Assembly (NCBI GenBank): GCA_964488465.1
Contig: CAZAUN010000017.1
Location: forward strand, 5,663-69,662
Direction of reading: 5' to 3'
Length of the DNA: 64,000 nucleotides
From: an uncultured Ohtaekwangia sp.
GTDB taxonomy: Bacteria; Bacteroidota; Bacteroidia; Cytophagales; Cyclobacteriaceae
In this document: positions 29,471-39,071 of the stretch, in pieces
Position numbering within the stretch: the stretch's first letter is position 1
Layout: each line of letters opens with the position of its first letter
Made by a program: the position numbers and the translations under genes
Notes under the pieces: generated by a model
The model's database searches: none
What the model was told of the DNA's origin: nothing
Seen by the model: only the letters and a program-made list of their open reading frames with translations

Positions 29471-31558
29471 ATGACAAACGCAATTTACCTCACCACTACA
29501 GAACCCTATGCCGGCAAATCCATCATAGCGTTAGGACTGATGAACCTGTTGGCCGCAAAGACTGAAAAGATTGCTTACTTCAAGCCCGTCATCAGTCGCG
29601 AAAGCTCGGAAAAAGACAATCATCTGGAGATGATGGCCAGTCATTTCAGGATCAACCTGCCCTACGAGGATATGTATGTGTTTACCCGCAACCAGGTGGT
29701 GCGGCAAATTAATGCCGGTAAGGAAGCCTCTGTGATTGACTTCATTATTGACCGGTTTAAGAAACTGCAGGAGCGTCATGACTTTGTTGTAGTAGAGGGA
29801 ACCGACTTTATGGGGGGCAGCACGAACATTGAGTTTGACGGAAACATTTCCATTGCCAAAAACCTGGGAATCCCGGCCGCCATCATTGTGAAGGGCGAAG
29901 GAAAATCGGTACAGGAAATTGTAGATACGGCCGTCTCCACCACCAAAGGATTTACGGATGAAGGTGTACAGGTGCTTACGGTGGTTGCTAACAAAATCAA
30001 TCCCGAACAGGAAGAAGAGATCCGGACACAACTGACGAAAGCCCTTCCGGCAAGCATCATCGTCACCTCCATCCCGAGCCACAAAGACCTGGGCAACCCT
30101 ACCCTGAAAGAAATTTATGAATCCGTAGGGGGTAAAATTCTTTTTGGCGAGCACCTGCTTTCCAATCCAGTGAACGCCTCCATTGTAGGCGCCATGCAAT
30201 TGCACAATTGCTTAACGCGATTAAGCAAGAACACGTTAATTGTTACTCCGGGTGACCGGGGTGATCTTATTATCGGAGCCTTGCAAGCCAACATCTCCAG
30301 AAACTATGAGAAAATTGCCGGGATAATCCTGACGGGCGGCCTGGTTCCCGAACCCACTATCATGAAACTGATTGAGGGGTTGGAGACGGTCGTGCCAATC
30401 ATTGCCGTGGAGAGTGGTACGTTTAAAACGGTAACCCGGGTAGCGAATACCCAATCCAGAATTTCACTAGAAAATAAAGACAAGATTGCCCTTGCCATTA
30501 GTTTGTTCGACAAGCATGTGGATGTGAAAGCGCTCGAGAAAAAAATAATTTCCTTCCGGGCCACCGGCATTACCCCTCGCATGTTCCAATATCAACTGGT
30601 GAAGCGTGCCAAAGAACACAAGAAACACATCGTGTTGCCGGAAGGGGATGACGACCGCATCCTGATCGCAGCCGATGCCCTGGTGAAACAAAATGTGGTG
30701 GACTTGACTATTCTAGGTAATGCCGATGCTGTTCAATCTTCGTTTAAAAGATTGAATCTTGAATGGGATAAAGACAAAGTAAAGATTGTAAACCCGGCAA
30801 CCTCGGAACGTTACACGGAGTACGTGCAAACCTTGTATGAGTTGCGCAAGAACAAAAACCTGTCGATCGAAATGGCGCGTGACTTAATGTTGGATGTTTC
30901 CTACTTCGGCACCATGATGGTATACAAGGGCGAAGCCGATGGTATGGTGTCCGGAGCGGCCCACACTACACAGCATACCATTCGTCCGGCCTTGCAGTTT
31001 GTCAAAACCAAACCCGGCATTACCACCGTGTCTTCCGTTTTCTTCATGTGCTTACCCAACCGGGTTTCCATATTTGGAGACTGTGCCGTTAATCCCAACC
31101 CTACCTCCGAGCAACTGGCGGATATCGCCATCTCTTCAGCCGAGACCAGCAAGATGTTCGGGATCGAACCGAAAATTGCCATGCTCTCCTATTCTTCCGG
31201 TTCTTCGGGCGAAGGGGAAGATGTCGACAAGGTGCGGAAGGCAACCGAACTGGTAAAACAAAGGCGCCCGGATTTAAAAGTGGAAGGACCCATTCAATAT
31301 GATGCTGCGGTAGATCCTTCTGTGGGAAAAAAGAAACTACCCAACTCCGAAGTAGCCGGCCATGCCAGTGTTTTGATTTTCCCGGATTTGAATACCGGAA
31401 ACAATACCTATAAAGCCGTGCAACGGGAAACCGGGGCTCTGGCCATCGGCCCGATGCTGCAAGGATTGAACAAACCCGTGAATGACTTAAGTCGGGGGTG
31501 TACTGTGGATGATGTGTTTAACACCGTGGTCATTACCGCCATTCAGGCCCAACAATAA
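29471..31558 (+). CDS. pta: Phosphate acetyltransferase (long, two-domain form)
   Basis: 695 aa. N-terminal P-loop-like/DRTGG region plus a PTA_PTB domain: 'HIVLPEGDDDRIL', 'MVSGAAHTT', 'LSYSSGSSG', 'IFPDLNTGNNTYK'. Confidence 0.95.
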   Translation: MTNAIYLTTTEPYAGKSIIALGLMNLLAAKTEKIAYFKPVISRESSEKDNHLEMMASHFRINLPYEDMYVFTRNQVVRQINAGKEASVIDFIIDRFKKLQERHDFVVVEGTDFMGGSTNIEFDGNISIAKNLGIPAAIIVKGEGKSVQEIVDTAVSTTKGFTDEGVQVLTVVANKINPEQEEEIRTQLTKALPASIIVTSIPSHKDLGNPTLKEIYESVGGKILFGEHLLSNPVNASIVGAMQLHNCLTRLSKNTLIVTPGDRGDLIIGALQANISRNYEKIAGIILTGGLVPEPTIMKLIEGLETVVPIIAVESGTFKTVTRVANTQSRISLENKDKIALAISLFDKHVDVKALEKKIISFRATGITPRMFQYQLVKRAKEHKKHIVLPEGDDDRILIAADALVKQNVVDLTILGNADAVQSSFKRLNLEWDKDKVKIVNPATSERYTEYVQTLYELRKNKNLSIEMARDLMLDVSYFGTMMVYKGEADGMVSGAAHTTQHTIRPALQFVKTKPGITTVSSVFFMCLPNRVSIFGDCAVNPNPTSEQLADIAISSAETSKMFGIEPKIAMLSYSSGSSGEGEDVDKVRKATELVKQRRPDLKVEGPIQYDAAVDPSVGKKKLPNSEVAGHASVLIFPDLNTGNNTYKAVQRETGALAIGPMLQGLNKPVNDLSRGCTVDDVFNTVVITAIQAQQ

Positions 31559-31569
31559 TCCGCGATTCC

Positions 31570-32766
31570 ATGAACGTGTTCGTCATCAACTCTGGAAGCA
31601 GCTCCATCAAGTATCAACTCATTCGCATGCCGGAAGCTGCCGTGGTTTGTTCCGGGTTGGTGGATCGCATTGGTTTGGCCGGTGCGTCCATTCATCACAA
31701 AGCATTTATCAGGGGTACGGAACATGCGCGGAAGGAAAGCATACCCATCCCCGACCACGCATCCGGATTGAAAGCCGTGTCGGGATTATTAACCGATTCG
31801 CAAATCGGAGTGATTCGCGATCCAAAGGAGATAGAGGTGGTGGGCCATCGCGTAGTGCATGGGGGAGAGAGTTTTTCAAAAACGATGGTGATCACCTCGG
31901 AGGTGATGGAAAAAATTAAGAAGTTGTTTCCCCTAGCTCCGCTTCACAATCCTCCCAATTACCTGGGCATTGAAGTGGCGACCCAGATCTTCGCACGCGC
32001 AAAACAGGTGGCCGTATTTGATACGGCTTTTCATCAAACCATCCCGCCCGTTGCCTACCGCATTGCCATCCCCAATGAATTTTATGAAAAGCAGGGTATC
32101 CGCAACTATGGGTTTCATGGCACCAGTCATAAGTATGTCTCCGAACGGGCGATTGAATACCTGAACAAGAAAGTGTCAAAAATTATCACCATCCACCTGG
32201 GCAACGGGTGCAGCATGAGTGCTGTTAAAAATGGGGTGTGCATTGACACCAGCATGGGCCTGGGCCCGATGAACGGGTTGATTATGGGTACCCGCACCGG
32301 GGATCTTGATCAGTCCGTGATTTTTCACCTCGTCAATCAATTGGGGTACAGTTTGAATGATGTAAATACCCTTTTGAATAAAAAGAGCGGGATGCTAGGC
32401 CTGACCGGGCACAGTGATATGCGCGATGTAAAAGTCGAGTATCAGAAAGGAAATAAGGAAGCCATCCTGGCTTACGAGATGTATGCGTATCACATCAAAA
32501 AATACATCGGCTCCTTTACAGCCGTGTTGAATGGGTTGGACGCAATCGTATACACGGCCGGAGTTGGAGAAAATGATTCGCTCACCCGAAGGCTAGCCTC
32601 CAGCCAGCTCGAATACCTGGGCATACACCTTGATGAGAAGAAAAACGAGGCCGGAGGGAAGGGTATTTACGAGATTAATACGGAAGATTCTCCTGTAAAA
32701 ATTCTGGTGATTCCCACCAATGAAGAGTTGGAGATCGCCTGGCAATGTGCTACCCTGTTGGTGTAG
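31570..32766 (+). CDS. ackA: Acetate kinase
   Basis: 398 aa with 'VINSGSSSIKYQL', 'GHRVVHGG', 'FDTAFHQT', 'YGFHGTSH', 'TAGVGEN' and 'PTNEELEIA'. Starts 11 nt after pta. Confidence 0.95.
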   Translation: MNVFVINSGSSSIKYQLIRMPEAAVVCSGLVDRIGLAGASIHHKAFIRGTEHARKESIPIPDHASGLKAVSGLLTDSQIGVIRDPKEIEVVGHRVVHGGESFSKTMVITSEVMEKIKKLFPLAPLHNPPNYLGIEVATQIFARAKQVAVFDTAFHQTIPPVAYRIAIPNEFYEKQGIRNYGFHGTSHKYVSERAIEYLNKKVSKIITIHLGNGCSMSAVKNGVCIDTSMGLGPMNGLIMGTRTGDLDQSVIFHLVNQLGYSLNDVNTLLNKKSGMLGLTGHSDMRDVKVEYQKGNKEAILAYEMYAYHIKKYIGSFTAVLNGLDAIVYTAGVGENDSLTRRLASSQLEYLGIHLDEKKNEAGGKGIYEINTEDSPVKILVIPTNEELEIAWQCATLLV

Positions 32767-33604
32767 CTACCGCGGTGTTGCGGCCAAACCATTTCATAGA
32801 AGCCCAGGCAAAGAGCAACATGCAGGGCAAACCCAATCCTACCATGATGATGGCCCTTTGATCGATGTGAGCCACCACAAGCAAAGGTGCAACCGTGGCC
32901 CCCAGGTTGCGGGTGGCCAGGCCCATGCTAAGCACCAGCCTTTGATCAGCCTGCAGTCCAACTCCAAACCAATAAGGCAAGGCTGTGATGAGGAAGAAAA
33001 AAATAATCAGCGATACCAAAGCCCATCCCGGATCAATCCCCAACAAGCCTTCCCCGTATACCAACACACACAAAGAACACGCGATGATGGCAAACAGGGT
33101 TGTGGTTTTCTTGACAACCGGTTGAATGCGGATTGCAAATCCTGAATAGAAATACAAAATGCCCATCCCGATCAAAAAAGGAATCAGCATTACCAGCACC
33201 AGGGGCTTGGCGATGGTCCACGATTGAATGGCTAATCCCGTTAGCTTCCAGGGTACGAGAATGGGCATCAACAACACAGTGGTAAAAGAAACCAATACCA
33301 TGAAGGCTGCCGTGTAGCCCAGGTCCACATGCGCTTTACGCATCACCATCGGAAGAAACGGGGCCCCGGGTGTCATGCTGAGTAAGTGCAAGCCCATCGC
33401 ATAAGGAGCTTCTAACGGAAGAACATACGTGATCCCATACGCCAGGGCAGGCCCAACTACAAAACCCCAGAACAGTGTGTGCCCGACAAAGGAATAATTC
33501 TTCAAGCCTTGCCAGGCCTCCTTTGGATTCAGGCGTAGACCCAGGTCAAGCAAATTACTCGCAATGAAAATGGCCAATGAAATTTTGAATAAAGTGGTGA
33601 TCAT
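32750..33604 (-). CDS. Bile acid:sodium symporter (BASS/AcrR3-like) family transporter
   Basis: The track ORF runs to 33709 and overlaps the upstream gene. The ATG at 33604 (MITTLFKISLAIFIASN..) lies 1 nt after that gene's TAG stop. About 8-9 TM helices. Family call from overall pattern. Confidence 0.6.
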   Translation of the reverse strand: MITTLFKISLAIFIASNLLDLGLRLNPKEAWQGLKNYSFVGHTLFWGFVVGPALAYGITYVLPLEAPYAMGLHLLSMTPGAPFLPMVMRKAHVDLGYTAAFMVLVSFTTVLLMPILVPWKLTGLAIQSWTIAKPLVLVMLIPFLIGMGILYFYSGFAIRIQPVVKKTTTLFAIIACSLCVLVYGEGLLGIDPGWALVSLIIFFFLITALPYWFGVGLQADQRLVLSMGLATRNLGATVAPLLVVAHIDQRAIIMVGLGLPCMLLFAWASMKWFGRNTAVATPTG

Positions 33605-33605
33605 A

Positions 33606-35063
33606 CTAACAGGCGCTGACTTCAAAAACATGATAACCCCAGGCCGGCAGATCAAAGTAGATGCCTCGTGACAAGACATCATTTCCTTCGCGGTAGTATA
33701 AGGCCACACTCATCAGATCGCGGAATTCGACATGGCGATTCGCTAACTCCCTGTATGGAAGGCGCACATAACATTGACTGGCATGTGGCGCAAAGTTTAC
33801 TACCACCAACGCTCTCCGCCCGGCCTGTTCTTCCCAGGCAAAAACCAGGTAGGAGTCCCAACTCTCATTTCCCTCCCAGGCGGGTTGGCACGGTACCAAT
33901 TGCCACTGGGCATGAAACAGCGGTTGCCTGAGCAGGGCGAGTAAGTCGGTGTAAAACAGCTGCACCCCCGGATCAACTGTTTCGAACGGTCCACGAATCA
34001 AATGCGGTGAGATGCGTTTCTGTTTGCCCTCCAACTGTCCCTGATGAAAGAAGCGCAAGCCCGGAGCTAAATACGTGATGATGGCAGCCGCAAGATGTTT
34101 TCGAAAATCAAACGCGATTGCTGCGCGGGCTTCGTCATGATTTTCAAGAAATCGTACCAGTTTATTTTGATATTCAAGTCCGGCCGTGAAATGATCCCGC
34201 ACCGGTTTTGCCCGGCCTTCGCGCAACCGGTCATACAATCGCTTGTCGTAGGTGTAATCAAAACCTTCTTGTTGCAAAGTCCACTCCATGTCCCAGTACA
34301 CCTCCGCCATAAAACAAAAGTCCGGATGTTTCTTGCGCACCGCCCGGATTGCCTCCGGCCAAAACGGTTGTGCTTTTCGACCCCAGGTTTTTTCAAACAC
34401 TTCAGGCAGGATCAACATCGCCATATCGCACCGCACCCCATCGCACTGACCGGCCATGCGGATCAGCTCGCGTTGCATCGCTGCAACTACCTCCGGTTTG
34501 CTGTAATCTAACTGCACCGTGTCGGGCCATCCGGAAAAGTAAGGATCACGGCCATAGGCAAAAATCGTTTTGCCGAACTTGCCATAGTTCTGTGGCTTGT
34601 TTTTCAGGTCAGCCCTGGTACCGGAAATAAAATAGTCGGGTTGCGCCTGAACCCAGGGATGATCGGGGCCCAGGTGATTCGGAACAAAATCGAGCATCAA
34701 CTTGAGGCCGCGTTGATGAAGCTTTTCGCGGAGCCGTTTCAACGATGCCTCTCTACCTAAGGCCGGGTGCACATGATAATCCCCAATGGCAAACCCTGAA
34801 CCTCCGATATCGGCTTCCTGCAAATCCGGCAACGTTTCTTCAAACTCCTTTCGCCATCCCTGATTGGTGCAGGAAACCTGGCGGCCACGCTCACCGGTAG
34901 TCCATACGCTTAACAGCCAGATCCAGTCAAACCCCTGCTCAGCAAGTTGATCCCAGGAAGTGTCCGGAATGTCATCCAGCGTGGCCGTGCGGTGAAGGGT
35001 AGCTGAAAGTTCGGTTAACCATACCCGCGTGTTGATCTGATATAAGGAAGCGTACGGATGCAT
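33606..35063 (-). CDS. Cytoplasmic GH13 alpha-amylase-family glycoside hydrolase
   Basis: 485 aa, no signal peptide. GH13 regions are I 'MLDFVPNH', II 'GVRCDMAM', III 'FMAEVYW' and IV 'FLENHDE'. Confidence 0.85.
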   Translation of the reverse strand: MHPYASLYQINTRVWLTELSATLHRTATLDDIPDTSWDQLAEQGFDWIWLLSVWTTGERGRQVSCTNQGWRKEFEETLPDLQEADIGGSGFAIGDYHVHPALGREASLKRLREKLHQRGLKLMLDFVPNHLGPDHPWVQAQPDYFISGTRADLKNKPQNYGKFGKTIFAYGRDPYFSGWPDTVQLDYSKPEVVAAMQRELIRMAGQCDGVRCDMAMLILPEVFEKTWGRKAQPFWPEAIRAVRKKHPDFCFMAEVYWDMEWTLQQEGFDYTYDKRLYDRLREGRAKPVRDHFTAGLEYQNKLVRFLENHDEARAAIAFDFRKHLAAAIITYLAPGLRFFHQGQLEGKQKRISPHLIRGPFETVDPGVQLFYTDLLALLRQPLFHAQWQLVPCQPAWEGNESWDSYLVFAWEEQAGRRALVVVNFAPHASQCYVRLPYRELANRHVEFRDLMSVALYYREGNDVLSRGIYFDLPAWGYHVFEVSAC

Positions 35064-35087
35064 TACATCGGGGGGATCATGCTCAGG

Positions 35088-35642
35088 TTATTTTTTCTTC
35101 TTTACCGGATACTTGGCAAAAATTTTGGCGGTGTTGTCCATTAACAACTTCTGAATGTCGTCCGACATTTTAAATTTCTTTTCCACCATGCCCCACCATA
35201 CCTGCTTTTTGGATTCGGTATCGTACATGGCATATTTCAGGGTGCCGTCTTCTTGCGTAGTGGCCGTGATCTTACCACCGGCAACCGGGGCAGAACCCCC
35301 AACATAGTAACCCGGCCCGGCTACCCCAACCCCCACACTTAAGGTGGGGCTTTGTGAATACGTAGTTACTTCCTGTACGCTGGTAAAGAAAACAAAAATG
35401 GCATCAGGGTCTTCGGCATTAATAGTGAAACCCCGGCTTTTAAGTTCCTGGTTGGCAGCATAGGTAATGGTGCCCCCATACACTTTATCAATGCGCTCGC
35501 GATTCAATACACTGTCGCCCGGGGCTAACCACGCATAGGTTTTGAATTTGGTGAAATCCGCTTGGGTGTCGTAGTCGGACTTGACAGATTGTGCCTGAAG
35601 GGAAATAACAGATCCGAAAAAAATTGCCAGTAAAGTCCTCAT
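35088..35642 (-). CDS. DUF4136-family secreted protein (paralog 3; SPase I-type signal)
   Basis: 184 aa with signal peptide ..ISLQA-QS. Motifs 'FTKFKTYAW', Gly-rich loop 'GVGVAGPGYYVGGSAPVAGG', and 'GTLKYAMYD..KQVWWG'. Confidence 0.7.
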   Translation of the reverse strand: MRTLLAIFFGSVISLQAQSVKSDYDTQADFTKFKTYAWLAPGDSVLNRERIDKVYGGTITYAANQELKSRGFTINAEDPDAIFVFFTSVQEVTTYSQSPTLSVGVGVAGPGYYVGGSAPVAGGKITATTQEDGTLKYAMYDTESKKQVWWGMVEKKFKMSDDIQKLLMDNTAKIFAKYPVKKKK

Positions 35643-35728
35643 TAAACGATTGGGTTATCCTCTTTTTATAGTTCGAAGGTAGCTAAAAGTCCTTTCTTGT
35701 TTAGTCTCCCGAATCGTAGTGGGTACGT

Positions 35729-35766
35729 CCGCGGCTTTGTGTTGCTACTCCCGCGGCTTTGTGTTG
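35729..35766. repeat. Tandem direct repeat 2 x CCGCGGCTTTGTGTTG with 22-nt period
   Basis: Exact 16-nt copies at 35729..35744 and 35751..35766. They lie in the 156-nt gap between the K+ channel stop and the DUF4136 start, 87-124 nt upstream of the latter on the minus strand. Confidence 0.7.
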
Positions 35767-35798
35767 GTGCTTCCACGCATTCGTTTTGGGCATACCGG

Positions 35799-36437
35799 TT
35801 ACCTTGCTTCAGGTCTACTGGAATACTTGCCCACCCACAACGCAATGATGATGGCTACATACAATTGTCCGCTGATGGCAATCAGGATGGACAAGGACTT
35901 GGCATGGGGTTTTAATGGCAACAAGTCGCCATAGCCCAGGGTGGCAAACGTGACAAACGAAAAATAAACCGATTCGCGAAGGTCGGTGCGATTCGCTTCC
36001 GAAAAATTAAACGCAGCCGGGTCTACCTGCAGCATGAGGGCCACTAAAAAGGAAAACACCAGGCCCAGCAACAGGTACCCATTGATGGCTTCCAGAATCA
36101 CCCTCCGGTTCACCACCCGCGCGGATGAGATTTGCGCAATCAGAAACCCAACCATGATGGTAAAAAAAGTAATGTTGAGCAGTTTGGAGATCGCCTCGAT
36201 GACCGGAAAATTAAACACCTTGAAAATAACCTGGGCCACCAACAGACTGGCCGCGATCCGGAGCATCTGCTTCCGGTTTCGATCCAATCCGGCAGCGGTG
36301 GTGATATACAATACCGAAAACAGAATCGGATCAATCACCATCAGCCAGGAGGCTGGGAAAAAACTGGTGAGAAAAACCAAGGCGAAAATCTCAGCCAGTA
36401 CCAGAATGCCCCAATAGTATTTAAGATCGCGGGTCAA
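35799..36437 (-). CDS. Potassium channel family protein (minimal, no RCK domain)
   Basis: 212 aa. Selectivity filter 'TLGYGD' in 'FVTFATLGYGDLLP'. TTG start (no nearby ATG) 3 nt after the upstream stop. Confidence 0.8.
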   Translation of the reverse strand: MTRDLKYYWGILVLAEIFALVFLTSFFPASWLMVIDPILFSVLYITTAAGLDRNRKQMLRIAASLLVAQVIFKVFNFPVIEAISKLLNITFFTIMVGFLIAQISSARVVNRRVILEAINGYLLLGLVFSFLVALMLQVDPAAFNFSEANRTDLRESVYFSFVTFATLGYGDLLPLKPHAKSLSILIAISGQLYVAIIIALWVGKYSSRPEAR

Positions 36438-36440
36438 CGG

Positions 36441-37184
36441 CTACTTTTTCTTGCGTCCAAAGAAATACCCTACCTGCAGTTGATACCGGTACCCGTAGCC
36501 CCAGTGATCTAATTTACCTTTGGAAGTTATTTCCCCTTCGTTTATGAATTTTTCAAAACCGGGAAATCGATCAATGAGACCCAGAATCACTTCGTTGTTG
36601 ACGTTGTCCGGATCGAATGTGTAATTCCCTTCGATGGACGATTTTAAGCTATAGTTCGAAATGGAAGGTCCTACAAATACGAGATCAATGGCCCATCGGT
36701 TGCTGATCAGAAATTGATAGCCTAACTGAAAGCCTATGTTCAGGATATTCAGATCGGTGCTGAGTGACGCATTTTCAATTACCCCATTATTATCTACTTC
36801 TATGTCTCGGTCGTTGGCATAATTGTGAAAGGATATATAGGGGCCGATGTAAACACCATGGGGCGCATCGAATTTGTTTTCTTTTTGCAGGTAGAATCGG
36901 TATTCCGCGCCCAACTTAAGGCCACGGGCTTTTGTTTCCCGGGTAACTTTTACATCATCCACCAATGTTCCAAGACCCGGCAATTGTTGGATTCCTGCGG
37001 TAATACCCCACGATTGCTGCGGGTTGTGAACCCGTTCGTACGTAAACACAACGGCATTTCGGTAAAGCCAATAAGAGGTAAGATCGACCTTGATCCCATT
37101 TTTCCTGCCGGTTGTATCGCGCTCAGATTGCGCCTGAACTCCCAGACTTATGAAAAACAGGAGTAAGAGAATAACGTGTTTCAT
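36441..37184 (-). CDS. Putative outer-membrane beta-barrel protein (possibly DUF3575-like)
   Basis: 247 aa with signal peptide ..GVQA-QS and a beta-strand pattern. Family uncertain. Confidence 0.45.
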   Translation of the reverse strand: MKHVILLLLFFISLGVQAQSERDTTGRKNGIKVDLTSYWLYRNAVVFTYERVHNPQQSWGITAGIQQLPGLGTLVDDVKVTRETKARGLKLGAEYRFYLQKENKFDAPHGVYIGPYISFHNYANDRDIEVDNNGVIENASLSTDLNILNIGFQLGYQFLISNRWAIDLVFVGPSISNYSLKSSIEGNYTFDPDNVNNEVILGLIDRFPGFEKFINEGEITSKGKLDHWGYGYRYQLQVGYFFGRKKK

Positions 37185-37235
37185 GGCTTTAATTTTTAAA
37201 ATCCGTCTCAGCGCTGGGGTGAGTGCTTCATGATC

Positions 37236-37703
37236 CTATACGTTGACATGATAGCCATATTTTAACAGCACCATAAATCCTAAAAAAAACGACAAGGCAA
37301 GCAACAAGTACGATAATACCAGAGCCACAGAGAATCGCATCTCCGGATAGGTCTTCTTAAGATTGGACATATTTTTCGTATGCTGAATGGTGGCGGGGAG
37401 CAACATGCCAAACGCGGCCAAAATCAAAAACAATCCTAGTTCCCGTCCGGTAATCAAATTCAGCAAAGGTGCCTGTCCTTTCTCGAGTCGGTTGTAAAAA
37501 TATTCGTAGGAACCTACACCAATGGTTAACATCGTGAGACAGGTACGGACCCAGGCCAGTTGCAGCCGCTCAAAGGCGGTGCGTGTGCGCTCCAACTGAA
37601 TCTGCTTTTTACCTTTCTTCTTTTCGTTTTTCTCCGGATTCGCTTCCGGATTGAGCTTCTCGGTGTTGCTATCCATAGGTATTCCAATCATGTAGGTTAC
37701 CAT
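37236..37703 (-). CDS. DUF202 (YidH-like) membrane protein
   Basis: 155 aa with 'ERTRTAFERLQLAWVRTCLTMLTIG', similar to the DUF202 'ERTxLAWxRT' motif, and three TM helices. The ATG at 37703 overlaps the NodT stop by 7 nt. Alternative ATGs at 37691 and 37676. Confidence 0.6.
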   Translation of the reverse strand: MVTYMIGIPMDSNTEKLNPEANPEKNEKKKGKKQIQLERTRTAFERLQLAWVRTCLTMLTIGVGSYEYFYNRLEKGQAPLLNLITGRELGLFLILAAFGMLLPATIQHTKNMSNLKKTYPEMRFSVALVLSYLLLALSFFLGFMVLLKYGYHVNV

Positions 37704-39070
37704 CCACCGCCCAGCGCTTTATACAACCGAACGGTTGAGATCAGCTGACTTTGTAAGGCCAGCGATTTCTCAAATTGCGAATTGTATAATTCGCGCTCGG
37801 CATCCAGCACTTGCAGGAACGAAGTATACCCATTGTCATATAATGCTTTTGATAATAATAAAGAGCGCTCTGTTGCCGCCACCTGCGTTTGGCGCGCAGC
37901 AAACTCGTTGCGGTAGGTGCGGATTTCCGCTAATGAATTTTCTACTTCGGCAAACGCCACCAAGATGGTCTTCTCATACTGATATCCCACCTGCATGGCT
38001 TTAGCCCGCTCCGCTTCCACCCTGCGCTTGTTCTGATTAAACCGTAATATCGGCCCGGTTAATTGTCCGGTTACAGAGCCCAGCACTGCGTCTCCTGAAA
38101 ACAAATTGGAAATGTCAGGGCTGGCTACTCCTAATAAGCCCGTAAGACTTAAGGAGGGAAACCGCAAGGCTACGGCAATCCCTACGCGTTCTGTTTGTGC
38201 TACCAACTGTTGTTCAGCCGAACGAATATCCGGTCTGCGCTCCAATAGTTCAGAAGGCAATCCACTTGGGATCTCCACCGGCAATTGTTGTTGATCATTC
38301 CGCAACCCGCGGGCAACGGGCGCATAAGTCTGACCTAATAAAACATTGATGGCATTCTCAACGGCAATGATGGCTCGCTCCAGACTAAACAGTTGTGCGT
38401 GCGAGGCGGCCGCAATTTGTTCGGCCTGCAGCTTATCCAGCTCGGAGGTTTCACCGCGCTCAAACCGCAGCGTGATGATCCGCAAATATTCCATGCGGGT
38501 GTCATACGTGCGTTGGGTAATGCTGTATCGTTCGTCTAAACCGCGCAGGGTAAAATATAACTCGGCCACCTGAGCGACTAAACTTATGTAGATTGATTTC
38601 CGGCCTTCATCGGTAGCTACCAGATCGGCATAGGCGGCCCGGTTCGCATGGCGCAGTTTACCCCATAAGTCGATTTCCCAGGAAACGTTGCCCAACAACG
38701 CCACAGAACTTTGCGGGAAGGTTACCCCTGCACCTTCTGCAGAAGAACGAAAATCAGAAGCCCGACCGCGGGCACTATAATCCAAAAAGGGAAAGAGGTT
38801 GGCTTGATTATACCCCAGGATTGCTTTTGCTTCATCCACGCGGGCCACGGCCGTCATCAGGTCGAGGTTGGAATCGATCGCAACTTGAATCAAGGATTGG
38901 AGTACGGTATCTTCATACACATCCCACCACTTCAGGTTGGTGATGGAATCTGTTTTCGAAGGCGCCTGCACATAGGCTTCCGGTTTTTTGGTATCCGGCC
39001 GGGAATACTTGGGTCCTACGGCACACCCTGCCAACCACATTACGGATATAATAAAAACTAGCTTCTTCAT
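37697..39070 (-). CDS. RND efflux outer-membrane factor lipoprotein (NodT family)
   Basis: 457 aa with lipobox WLAG-C followed by 'GPKYSRP'. Two-repeat TolC-like body ending 'YKALGGGW'. Confidence 0.9.
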   Translation of the reverse strand: MKKLVFIISVMWLAGCAVGPKYSRPDTKKPEAYVQAPSKTDSITNLKWWDVYEDTVLQSLIQVAIDSNLDLMTAVARVDEAKAILGYNQANLFPFLDYSARGRASDFRSSAEGAGVTFPQSSVALLGNVSWEIDLWGKLRHANRAAYADLVATDEGRKSIYISLVAQVAELYFTLRGLDERYSITQRTYDTRMEYLRIITLRFERGETSELDKLQAEQIAAASHAQLFSLERAIIAVENAINVLLGQTYAPVARGLRNDQQQLPVEIPSGLPSELLERRPDIRSAEQQLVAQTERVGIAVALRFPSLSLTGLLGVASPDISNLFSGDAVLGSVTGQLTGPILRFNQNKRRVEAERAKAMQVGYQYEKTILVAFAEVENSLAEIRTYRNEFAARQTQVAATERSLLLSKALYDNGYTSFLQVLDAERELYNSQFEKSLALQSQLISTVRLYKALGGGW

Positions 39071-39071
39071 A

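Noticed and set aside
29531-30205. 224-aa ORF antisense to pta.
   Set aside because: This is a shadow ORF inside a highly conserved gene with no recognisable domain. The other antisense ORFs in pta and ackA (30304..30582, 31916..32179) are rejected likewise.
33605-33709. 35-codon N-terminal extension of the BASS transporter that overlaps the GH13 gene.
   Set aside because: The ATG at 33604 immediately follows the GH13 stop and begins directly at TM1. A 104-nt overlap is unlikely.
35697-35934. Two overlapping ~70-aa plus-strand ORFs across the 22-nt-period direct repeat.
   Set aside because: They start with TTG or another weak codon, run antisense into the K+ channel gene, and their repeated 'RGFVL(L/V)LPR' peptide is only the translation of the DNA repeat.
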